In this document: positions 9,922 through 19,300 of the stretch, in pieces
Layout of the letters: each line of letters begins with the position of its first letter
Position numbering within the stretch: position 1 is the first letter of the stretch
Assembly: GCA_046329925.1 (NCBI GenBank)
Contig: JAXLTS010000010.1
Span: forward strand, 51,836-115,835
DNA length: 64,000 nucleotides
Direction: 5' to 3'
Source of the DNA: Bacteroidales bacterium
Lineage (GTDB): Bacteria > Bacteroidota > Bacteroidia > Bacteroidales > JAAYUG01
Notes under the pieces: generated by a model
Told to the model about the DNA's origin: nothing
Seen by the model: the letters and a program-made list of their open reading frames with translations, nothing else
Database searches by the model: none
Made by a program: the position numbers and the translations under genes

Positions 9922-11715
9922 TTATTCCACCAGGAATTTTCCCGAAAAGACCAGACCCTTGTTTTCGGCCTGCAACAGGTACAGGCTGGATTGAAAGCCG
10001 GATACGTCCAGGCGAAGGAAGGGATTCCCGCTGGTTTCAACCCGGCAGGACTTCATCAGTCGCCCCGCAAGGTCGTAAATGCGGATGGAGGTTTTTCCCG
10101 AAAAGTTATCCGAACGGAGAAACAGTTCTCCCCTTGCAGGCACCGGGTAAAGCATCAGTTTCCCTGTATGCTTGTCACCCACAGCAGACTGGTCGATCGT
10201 AAGCACCTTCAGCAATTCTTCATCCAGCCTGTGCCCCCGGAAAGCTTTGTAGGCAACATCTTCCCGGTCACTATCCAGGATGCCGAAACTCCCGGAAAAA
10301 TTCCAGAGCGCCCAGCCGATCCCGTTCTCACGAAAGAACCGGGTGAGATCGGACAGGAAGGCCAGGGTCACCTCGTGGGGCGTTTTGTTGTATACGCCGA
10401 ATTCCTGCACCATGAACGGAATCTGGTAGATGCGGGCTGTATCCACATTTCGGCGGTACAGGTCGAAGGGCAGCAGATCAGTCCCTTCGGGGGTCCGCAG
10501 AACACCATCGGCCCCGAGCAGGTAGGTAGATTGCTTCTGTCCCCAGGTATCATCGGAGGGATACAGGATGAATTGAGATGAACCGGCTCGCAGGGTGATG
10601 GAATTGATCGTCATCCAGTCACCCGCCGTATTCTCGAAACTCAGTTTGGTGGCTGGGGAAGACAGACTTGTCGAAAAATCCTTGTTGGAGATGTTCTGGT
10701 AGCCCCATTCGGTAGACACCACCTGTGAAAAGTCCTCCCCGGTATCGGCTGTACAGACAAACTGTTTGCTGAGCAGGATCTTGCTGTCGGCCTTGATCTG
10801 CAGGGTAGATTGGGTCGAGACCTGCCTCACATTCACGATGACTTCCATGCCCTGTTGAAAGCTGCCATTGATTACCAGGGCACTCTTAAAGGAACTTTTC
10901 CAGGGACCGTACAGGTAGGTTGAAACCCATTGCATGGGCCAGTGCGGCAAGGGCCAGCTGTCGGCCCCGTTCACCCATTCGGCCCGGTAATGCGTTAACC
11001 CGAACGGGTCGTAACAATGAATGGCCTGGGCCACGTTTTCTTCATCCTTCAATGCCGGAAGCAGGGTGCGGCCGTAATCGAGTCCGTCGACAAAGACCAG
11101 TCGTTCCGGACTGATGGCATGGATTGCTTGAATGGCTCTCCTCATGATGGGCAGATAGACTGTATCCAATACATTGGAGGGCTCGTTAACGAGGTTGAAA
11201 CTCAGTTCGTACGCCGGAGCATCCTGGTACCTGGTGGTAAAAAACTCCCAGTGACTGATAAAAGCATTCTGCGCAATCGTATCAGTCCAAAGATCGAGTT
11301 GCTGGTTTACCGGAAGGGTTGCCGCATTCACACAATAACCTGGTGCCCTGTGCAAGTTAATGCACACATGAACGCCATACTTCTTTCCCCAGGCAACTGC
11401 ATTATCAATCTCCTTTACTTCGTTCTCCAGAAAAACATTCCAGTTTCCTGCTTGGGTGTATGTGCGGTAATCCAGCGGAAGCCTTACAAAATTAAATCCC
11501 ATGTCGTGGATCATTTGAAAATCCTGCTCCGAAAAGCCCTGGTTGCTCCATGAAACATCAAACTTGCCCAGGAGGTTGAATCCCCTGCGTTCCGAACAGA
11601 ATCTCACCAGATCAGTGACGGAAGCCGAATCATCCTCCCCGTTGCCGGCACAGGCAACAACCGGTGAGGCAATTAGCGTAATAATCAGCCAAAGCTTACC
11701 GATCTTATTTGTCAT
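9922..11715 (-). CDS. GH5 family glycoside hydrolase (cellulase-like) with T9SS C-terminal sorting domain
   Basis: I moved the start to Met38 (MTNKIGKLWLIITLIASPVVAC). The GH5 glutamate motifs are NLVNEP and VQEFG. The CTD reads LYPVPARGELFL...LYLLQ. Confidence 0.85.
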   Translation of the reverse strand: MTNKIGKLWLIITLIASPVVACAGNGEDDSASVTDLVRFCSERRGFNLLGKFDVSWSNQGFSEQDFQMIHDMGFNFVRLPLDYRTYTQAGNWNVFLENEVKEIDNAVAWGKKYGVHVCINLHRAPGYCVNAATLPVNQQLDLWTDTIAQNAFISHWEFFTTRYQDAPAYELSFNLVNEPSNVLDTVYLPIMRRAIQAIHAISPERLVFVDGLDYGRTLLPALKDEENVAQAIHCYDPFGLTHYRAEWVNGADSWPLPHWPMQWVSTYLYGPWKSSFKSALVINGSFQQGMEVIVNVRQVSTQSTLQIKADSKILLSKQFVCTADTGEDFSQVVSTEWGYQNISNKDFSTSLSSPATKLSFENTAGDWMTINSITLRAGSSQFILYPSDDTWGQKQSTYLLGADGVLRTPEGTDLLPFDLYRRNVDTARIYQIPFMVQEFGVYNKTPHEVTLAFLSDLTRFFRENGIGWALWNFSGSFGILDSDREDVAYKAFRGHRLDEELLKVLTIDQSAVGDKHTGKLMLYPVPARGELFLRSDNFSGKTSIRIYDLAGRLMKSCRVETSGNPFLRLDVSGFQSSLYLLQAENKGLVFSGKFLVE

Positions 11716-12123
11716 TCGGGAAAAGCAAGCATGCATGGAAGTGAAATTTAACGTGTCACACAGGAACAGTACAATGACCAGTTCAGCAATAGATCTGAAC
11801 TGCTTTTTCCAAAGGTATAAAAACATCCTGCCTGTCGGCAGAGAAATTTATAAATCCGGATAATCTGATTTGATAGATAACAATATATAGCCGTGCAGAG
11901 CTGCATGAGTCAAAAAGGATGTATTCAAAATCAAGTGCCACTTTGTCAATAAATTAAAAACACTCAAATTATTGTATTACAAATATTTTAAAGCCCAAGG
12001 ATCGTTTTTAAAATTTTTAAGCCGCCAAAAATGCCACTTTGGCATATTTTTAGGCTCTGGCATTTCCTTTGATTTTATTGGTTTGTAAACAACATGGTTA
12101 AACTTAAAATGGAGGATCTAACT

Positions 12124-12561
12124 ATGTCACTCGTACGTTTTTCCAACCAGCTTCCGTCGCTGTTCGACCGCATCTTTGAACCTGATTTCATGGACTGGTC
12201 GAACCGGAATTTTTCCACCACCAATACTACCCTCCCTTCAGTAAATATTAAGGAGGGGAACGAAGGATTTGAAGTAGAAATGGCTGCTCCCGGTTTTGAA
12301 AAGAAGGATTTCAAAATCGAACTGAACCATGATCTCCTCACCATTTCCTCCGAGAAGAAAGTGGAAAATGAAATCAAAGAAGGACAGCAATTCACCCGTC
12401 GTGAATTCAGCTACCAGTCCTTCTCACGTTCCTTTACGCTCCCCAGTACAGCCGACGGGGAGAAGATTGCAGCGCGCTATGAAAACGGCATCCTGAAGGT
12501 AAGTATCCCAAAGAAGGAGGAAGCTAAGCCAAAGCCTGCACGGGCAATATCGATTGCCTGA
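12124..12561 (+). CDS. Hsp20/alpha-crystallin family small heat-shock protein
   Basis: It has an alpha-crystallin domain (EVEMAAPGFEKKDFKIEL, ARYENGILKVSIPK). I set the start at MSLVRF because GGAGGA (12111-12116) lies 7 nt upstream. The listed start at 12094 is an alternative. Confidence 0.9.
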   Translation: MSLVRFSNQLPSLFDRIFEPDFMDWSNRNFSTTNTTLPSVNIKEGNEGFEVEMAAPGFEKKDFKIELNHDLLTISSEKKVENEIKEGQQFTRREFSYQSFSRSFTLPSTADGEKIAARYENGILKVSIPKKEEAKPKPARAISIA

Positions 12562-12613
12562 TCATTACCGGCAACCGGAGTCTTAAAAGCAGCTCCGGAA
12601 AACTCCCATTATT

Positions 12614-12650
12614 ACGCGAGGCAGTTCATGCACTGCCTCGCGTATGTTAT
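12614..12650 (+). terminator. rho-independent-type terminator hairpin after hsp20
   Basis: A perfect 12-bp stem, ACGCGAGGCAGT (12614-12625) with ACTGCCTCGCGT (12632-12643), encloses a 6-nt loop and is followed by a T-rich tail. Confidence 0.6.
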
Positions 12651-12941
12651 TTATAGCATGATAGTTTACAGAACGAAAAATCATATGGACATTTAAATGT
12701 TAAATTAAAAATTCCAGCCATAAATCCAATTATCTAACCCTTGCGAACTTAAATTTTGACCAAATTCAAGTATAAAACCCTGTCAAAATCCGTTCATTAT
12801 AAAAAAATATCCTTCCTTTGAGTTGGTGTATTCATAATATCACAAAAAAATCCCATGGTGCAGGTCTTTTGGATAAATTGGATCTGTATTGGATAAACCT
12901 GTTTAGATTATGAGTCAGGATAATCCAAATAATTTTTTCTG

Positions 12942-15900
12942 ATGATGGCATTTTACCTGATTTCCTCCATAAAAAAGCATTGTGTGCTAGCAGACAGATT
13001 CAGAAGCTTTCTTATTATTCTGCTGCCTTTTATTTCAGTATTGTCACTCAGCAGTCAGACTCCCACCTTATCCATTAAGTATTTCTCCCGTGAGGATGGC
13101 ATTTACAGTTCCTTTGTAAACTCTGTCGCCCAGGATTCCACCGGCTTTATCTGGATTGCTACGCGTGACGGCTTGTACAGGTACGATGGCACAATATTTA
13201 CATCTTATCAATCCATTCAGGATGACAGTACTTCTATTCCCGGGAATGCGGTGAATTACCTTTTTGTGGATGCGAAAGGAGTCCTGTGGATCGCTACTTC
13301 GCTTGGTATCTGCCAATATAATGAAAAAAGGGATGAATTCCTTCAGCTCGCGAATCTTCGGAATCCGGCTGGCCTGGATGGAATCAATGTCCATAAGATT
13401 GCCGGGGACCCTGCTGGTAATATTATTGTCACCAACGGACAATCGCTTTACAGATTCGAAGCTGGCTCCCGCACCTTTAAAAGTATTATTACCCTGGATT
13501 CGGGACTGATTAATGACTTCATCTTCGAAAATAACACAACTGTATTGCTTGCCTGTACAGAAGAAAAAGGATTGATCCGCGGAAACCTGACTACCGGGAA
13601 TACCAATCCTGTGCCGGTAACCGGTAAACAGCCCGATATTCTTTCCACTCTGCACATCAGTGCACTTGAGCTGATCGGGGATCAATTACTTATTTCCACT
13701 ATCGGTGGGGGCGTTAAGAAACTGGATCTTAAAACTGACATTCTAATACAGATTCCATATAATAACCAGGACGATGCCAATGTTACAGATATCGTGAAAG
13801 ACCAGACCGGTAAACTGTGGACTATTGACTATACAGGTTTAAAATACCTCGATCAATCCACCTGGGTGCTACAGGGATATTATCCGGAATCACCCCATTC
13901 CAAAGGTATTAGACCCAACCTGAAAGGTATTTTTCAGGACCGCCAGGAGAATTACTGGATTTTTCATCAACCCGGAGGCATCGGATTAAGTACAGTTCCA
14001 AAAGGATTCAGCTATTTCAATAACGACCCGCTTGAATATTGGAGAACTTCCCGTGCAAACATTATTTCGGTGAACGAAGATGTGTATGGAAATCTCTGGA
14101 TGGGATTTTATGAGGGTGGCATAGATGTCTTCGACTGGCAAAAGGGGACTGTCATCCGATACCAGTATAACGACAAAGACCCCCACAGCCTTGGTCGTGG
14201 CTCTGTTTTATGTATTTTCAGGGATAGTAAAGGAATCATGTGGGCAGGCACTTACTTCGACGGATTACAGTACTTTGATCCGGAGAAAAAGCAGTTTGTT
14301 CATCTTAAGCATAATCCCGGTGATACTACTTCCATTGCAGGTAATGATATAAGATCAATTACAGAAGACCAGGATGGAAATTTATGGCTTGCTGTACATA
14401 GCAAAGGTGTTGATCGATACGACCGTGAAACCGGCAGGTTTGAACACTTCAACCGGGCAAAAAACGGCCTTTCAAATAATTGGCCATTCCATGTTTATAT
14501 TGATAAACAGGGCAATCTGTGGGTAGGAGCAGCCTGGGGCTTAAACCTTTTGAAAAAAGGAACATCCCGGTTTCTCAATTTCACTTCTGTGATTAATGAT
14601 TCATCCACAATCTCGAATAATGAAATCAGCAGTATTTACCAGGACGACAGTCTTAATATTTGGATTGGAACTTCCTCCGGGCTAAATCGCTATAATCCTG
14701 CGAAAAATAATTTCACAAGATTTCCGGTCCCTTTTAATAATGTAAACATTGCATCAATTCTGAATGACAAGGATGGCTTTTTATGGTTAGGCACCTCATC
14801 CGGCATTTTCAGGTTCCATCCCGCTACCGGAGCAGTAAACCACTTTAGTACTGCAGATGGTCTTATATCAATGGAATTCAATCCGAGGGCAGCATACCGC
14901 AACGGGCAGGATGGTCTCTTTTTTGGTGGAACCAGGGGCATTGACTTATTCAATCCACATACAATTTTTTACAACACCATTCCTCCGCCAGTTCTTATTG
15001 ACAAAATCAAAGTACTAAATAGGGAACTCACTATCCATAACTCGAACAAATTATCGCAGCATATCCGGTATACGAAAGAAATCAGGCTTCCATATACCGA
15101 TAATTTCATCACGTTCAGTTTTGTCGCACTTAATTATATAAATCCTCAAACCAACCAGTATGCCTATTTTCTGGAGGGCTTCGAAAAAAACTGGCATTAT
15201 ATTGGCAATTCAAGAGAAGCCACCTACACCAACCTCGATCCGGGGAAATACATATTCCGGGTCATTGCTTCGAATAATGACGGAGTTTGGAATTCCACAG
15301 GAGCAGCACTATCAATTGAAATTCTTCCTCCCTGGTATAAAACCTTGCTTTTTAAAATATTCCTGTTAATTACTGCCCTTAGCCTGGTATATGGCTATAT
15401 TACCCTGAGAACATCAACGCTTGAAACTCAAAAACACCGGCTCGAAAAAGCAGTGGAAGAAAAAACTGCCGAACTTTCAGAGAAAAATGATCTATTGAAA
15501 CGGCATGCCTGGTATCTCGATGAAAATAACCGGCTGCTTCTTGAACGTCAGAACCAGTTGGAGCAACAATCCGAGGAACTCAAAAATCAATCGGAAAGCC
15601 TTGAATCAGCCAACCTTGAATTACAGAAACTCATTAAAACAAGGGACAAAATATTTTCCGTAATCGCGCATGACCTTTCAAGCCCGTTCATGAGTATCCT
15701 GGGATTCTCCGAGATGCTTCTCTCCAGGTACAACAGCTTAAGTGATGCCGAGAAACTGCAGTATATCAGTACTATCAACAATTCTTCTGAACGTCTTCAT
15801 ACCCTTCTCCAGAACCTGCTTCTTTGGGCCCAGTCACAGACCAGGGGTATAAGTTATCATCCCACCCTCCTTCCGCTGAAAAGTATAATAACTGAAGTAA

Positions 15901-16319
15901 TTGAACTGCGGAAAGAGAGCCTGAATTCGAAGAAAATAAACTTGCAGATAAATTTTATCGAGGATATTACGGTCTGGGCCGACCGGGAAATGATCAAGAC
16001 TATTTTCAGAAACCTGTTAAGCAATGCCATTAAGTTTACCGTGCAGGAAGGGATGATCCGCTTTGAAGCGGTTAACACCGGCGAAATGGTACAGATATCT
16101 TTAACGAACACGGGTACCGTAATTTCGCGTGATAAAATCGCCCGTATTCTTTCAAGCGACTCTATTCAATCTGAACCGGGCACTGACGGAGAAAGCGGGA
16201 GCGGACTTGGACTCATCCTGTGTAAGGATTTTATAAGACGCAACAAAGGAAAACTGGACATCTCCAGCGATGCAGTAAACGGAACGCGCTTTATCGTCAG
16301 TCTGCCCCTGCAGCCCTGA
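12942..16319 (+). CDS. sensor histidine kinase with tandem beta-propeller (Reg_prop) and Y_Y_Y domains; no receiver or HTH domain
   Basis: 1125 aa. It carries repeated IWIATxxGL-type propeller motifs and a Y_Y_Y-like segment (QYAYFLEGFEKNWHYIG...YIFRV). It also has a TM helix (LLFKIFLLITALSLVYGYITL), a coiled coil, the H-box SVIAHDLSSPF, and NLLSNAIKF and GSGLGL boxes. Confidence 0.9.
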   Translation: MMAFYLISSIKKHCVLADRFRSFLIILLPFISVLSLSSQTPTLSIKYFSREDGIYSSFVNSVAQDSTGFIWIATRDGLYRYDGTIFTSYQSIQDDSTSIPGNAVNYLFVDAKGVLWIATSLGICQYNEKRDEFLQLANLRNPAGLDGINVHKIAGDPAGNIIVTNGQSLYRFEAGSRTFKSIITLDSGLINDFIFENNTTVLLACTEEKGLIRGNLTTGNTNPVPVTGKQPDILSTLHISALELIGDQLLISTIGGGVKKLDLKTDILIQIPYNNQDDANVTDIVKDQTGKLWTIDYTGLKYLDQSTWVLQGYYPESPHSKGIRPNLKGIFQDRQENYWIFHQPGGIGLSTVPKGFSYFNNDPLEYWRTSRANIISVNEDVYGNLWMGFYEGGIDVFDWQKGTVIRYQYNDKDPHSLGRGSVLCIFRDSKGIMWAGTYFDGLQYFDPEKKQFVHLKHNPGDTTSIAGNDIRSITEDQDGNLWLAVHSKGVDRYDRETGRFEHFNRAKNGLSNNWPFHVYIDKQGNLWVGAAWGLNLLKKGTSRFLNFTSVINDSSTISNNEISSIYQDDSLNIWIGTSSGLNRYNPAKNNFTRFPVPFNNVNIASILNDKDGFLWLGTSSGIFRFHPATGAVNHFSTADGLISMEFNPRAAYRNGQDGLFFGGTRGIDLFNPHTIFYNTIPPPVLIDKIKVLNRELTIHNSNKLSQHIRYTKEIRLPYTDNFITFSFVALNYINPQTNQYAYFLEGFEKNWHYIGNSREATYTNLDPGKYIFRVIASNNDGVWNSTGAALSIEILPPWYKTLLFKIFLLITALSLVYGYITLRTSTLETQKHRLEKAVEEKTAELSEKNDLLKRHAWYLDENNRLLLERQNQLEQQSEELKNQSESLESANLELQKLIKTRDKIFSVIAHDLSSPFMSILGFSEMLLSRYNSLSDAEKLQYISTINNSSERLHTLLQNLLLWAQSQTRGISYHPTLLPLKSIITEVIELRKESLNSKKINLQINFIEDITVWADREMIKTIFRNLLSNAIKFTVQEGMIRFEAVNTGEMVQISLTNTGTVISRDKIARILSSDSIQSEPGTDGESGSGLGLILCKDFIRRNKGKLDISSDAVNGTRFIVSLPLQP

Positions 16320-16337
16320 AACAGATCTGTCGGTCGG

Positions 16338-19300
16338 TTATTTCTTGAAGAAAAATTCTCCCTTCAACATAGACCATTCCATCGGATTCTGGGCCCCATT
16401 GGTGCGTTTTTGCACCAGCACCCGGGTCTTTTTAAATACACTTTCAACAGGTTGCGGAATGAGCATTTGCTTTACCAGTTCCTCGGTAAAAGGACCATGT
16501 AACCCTGTCCCGTCGGCAGCAACAGAACCTTCCACCGTCGCAAAGGCGATAATGGTTCCGCTGGTGGGGGGAATAGGTTTGAAAACCTGTGCGCCGCCCC
16601 GTGTCCAGGATCTGAAAGGATTATCACGGCAGGCATCCAGAATCACGATATTGATATTGTCAGGATATTTTTGAAATTCCTCTATCACAAAATCCACCTT
16701 AACCGCCTGGAATTTACAATCAGCCTTTTCCTGCAGGGTAGCATCAACCGGTATCAGGTAATTGGTCCCGTCTACCTGTACCCCATGCCCGGCATAATAG
16801 AATAGTCCAACATTATATTCCGGCAATCGCTTACTGAACTCTTCTATTGCCTTATTCATGCCCGCCTGGTTTGCGTTCAGCCTCTTGATCACTTCAAATC
16901 CAAGTTCCTTCAAGGTGGCCTCCATCAGGTTTGCATCGTTCACGGTATTCTTAAGACTCTTACTATCTATGTATTCAGAATTACCTATCACAAGGGCTAT
17001 TCTTTTCTCAATTGCAGCCTTTTCATATTTAATGATCCTTTTCTCGGAACGATTGTTCAATGATTCATTTGAGGCTAGGATGAAAACACTGTTTTCACCT
17101 TCTTTTAAAATAATTTCCTTTTGCCAGGTATAGTTACAATCACCCTGTTCATTCCTTTTCAACACAAGATCGTTCCCTTGCTCAGTGCCATTGACCAACA
17201 CCGAAATCGATTTAAGGTCGCTTAAGGTATTCACGCAGGCTTCAATAGTGAAATTCTCCTGGTTGACAATTGAATTCGGTTCTGACGGGATTCCCCACTG
17301 AATCACCGGAGGCTTGTCAACCGGACTGTTAAGTGTTCGCAGGTCCGAACGGATGGTCCCTGCACTATTGCTCACTTCCAGGTATACTTTATTTGTACCT
17401 GGTTGCAGGTTAATTTTCTTTTCAAACCGGTATTCATCTTTCGTTCCTGCAACGAGCGCCCAGGAAGCATCTTCCGGTGCCAGGTTATTCACATATACAA
17501 ATATTGATGCCGGCTTCTCTGCTGATTTCACGGTCGCTCTCACCAATACAGCACTCAGATTGGTTTCAAATACCTGTTTATCAGGATTCACCCAGGTAAC
17601 AACGGGAAGTGCAATTTTTTCACGAACAACCTCAACAGGTGCTTCCCTGGTTTCTGTCCTGATTGCCTTATTCTGCATTGACCTGTTATCGATGCCTGCC
17701 TGCTGTTCGCTTATTCGAGTGATGAATCGCATGTCAGAGGTATCACTTCCGGCAGCATTCTTCACTATAAAATAGAAAGAATTCTCACCAATCTGCAGAG
17801 GAAATGATTCCTCCAGCTGATACTCACCGGCTCCCTTATTCTGGATATTAGCATTTCCAACCTGAGGCAACAGTTTTCCATTCAGGAAAATATCAATTTC
17901 CCCCAACATGCTGGCTGAACGGATAACCGCAGAAACCCTTGCTGTTTCCCCGGTAACAGATGTTTTGGGTTCAACCGGGGTTACAGAAAGTATCTCCGGC
18001 TTCACATCCGTCTGAAGGACCAGTACACGCTTTTCAGATGTGCCATGGCCTGCACTGTTGGTGGCCGAAATTACAATTTCATTTTCCCCTGCATTCAGTG
18101 GCAGAATACTCTGCAAAATGTATTCTCCCTTTATTTTGCCGGGCCGGATATCCGGGGAGGAAGACATAGTTTGTCCATTTACCTCCACTTTCGCCGAAAG
18201 TACAGGCTGATCCGATTTAATACTGGCAATAATGTATGCGGTTTTATTTGTAACCGAAGAACGTGCAATCGGTGGGGAACTCCAGCTGATTACAGGGGCA
18301 ACAATCTGCTCATACACTAGTATTTTTTTCTTTGAGTCTGCTTTGCCCTTCGCATTCGCTGCAGAAATATAAATTGAATTTTCCCCCTGCTGAAGGGGAA
18401 CCTCCCTGGTAAATGTATAGCTTCCGACAGATGTGGCCGTCACGGTATTTTCACCTATCAATTCAATATCATTGATGAAAATATGTGTGGGTTCGAGCGC
18501 AGTGGAAGAAAAAATTTCAGCTGTAAGCTGGTAGGTACCGGCATTCGTAGTGATTCTTGGTTCTTGCGGATTGGTCCATGTAATTACGGGGATCGATGTA
18601 GGCAGATAAATAATCGATCTCATATCGGAGGATGAGTTGCCAGCCGCATTTCCGGCCATAATAAAAACTTTATTCTCACCCTGATTGAGTTTTACCTCAA
18701 AATTCAGAAGCCAGGAACAACTGTCAGAATTCAGGTCATTTGGACTTTGCAACACAGTCTGTCCTACATCATTCAACTGGATTTTCACATATTGAAATGG
18801 TCCTCCGGATTTAAGGCATGCCCTGATCCAGTATCCTTCAGAATTGCTTACGATGCGGTTCTCCCCCGGGTTAATCCAGGTAATAACAGGGGCAGCCAGT
18901 GGCCGGACAACAATCTTTCTTTTCTCAGACTCCCTGGTTCCCGTTGGATTTCTGGCGGAAACATACACCACATTCTCCCCTTTTTGCAGACTCAAATTTC
19001 CGAGCAAGGCAAAGGTTCCCGCGGCACCGTCAACCGGTTTTACCTGGGGTACAGAAGAAATTGGATTGCCATTCAAAAAAACCTGCACCGACTCAACGGG
19101 TTCCGATGAATTGATCGTAATACTGTATTGCAGGTTGTTTTTCACCTGCTCGGTCCAGGGATCGGCGGGAGTGTTCCAGCTAATCAGAGGAGACTGGGGC
19201 ACAACATAAACCAGTACCCGCTTCCGGGAAGTCATTTTTCCATAACTGTTCAGGCTTGTAATGGAAATATTATTCTCCCCCTGCTGCAAAGGAATTTCGC

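Noticed and set aside
12058-12072. Sigma-54 type promoter (TGGCAT-N5-TTGA) upstream of hsp20.
   Set aside because: The -12 element is TTGA instead of TTGC, and no enhancer-binding protein gene is in the window. I kept it only as part of the motif cluster finding.
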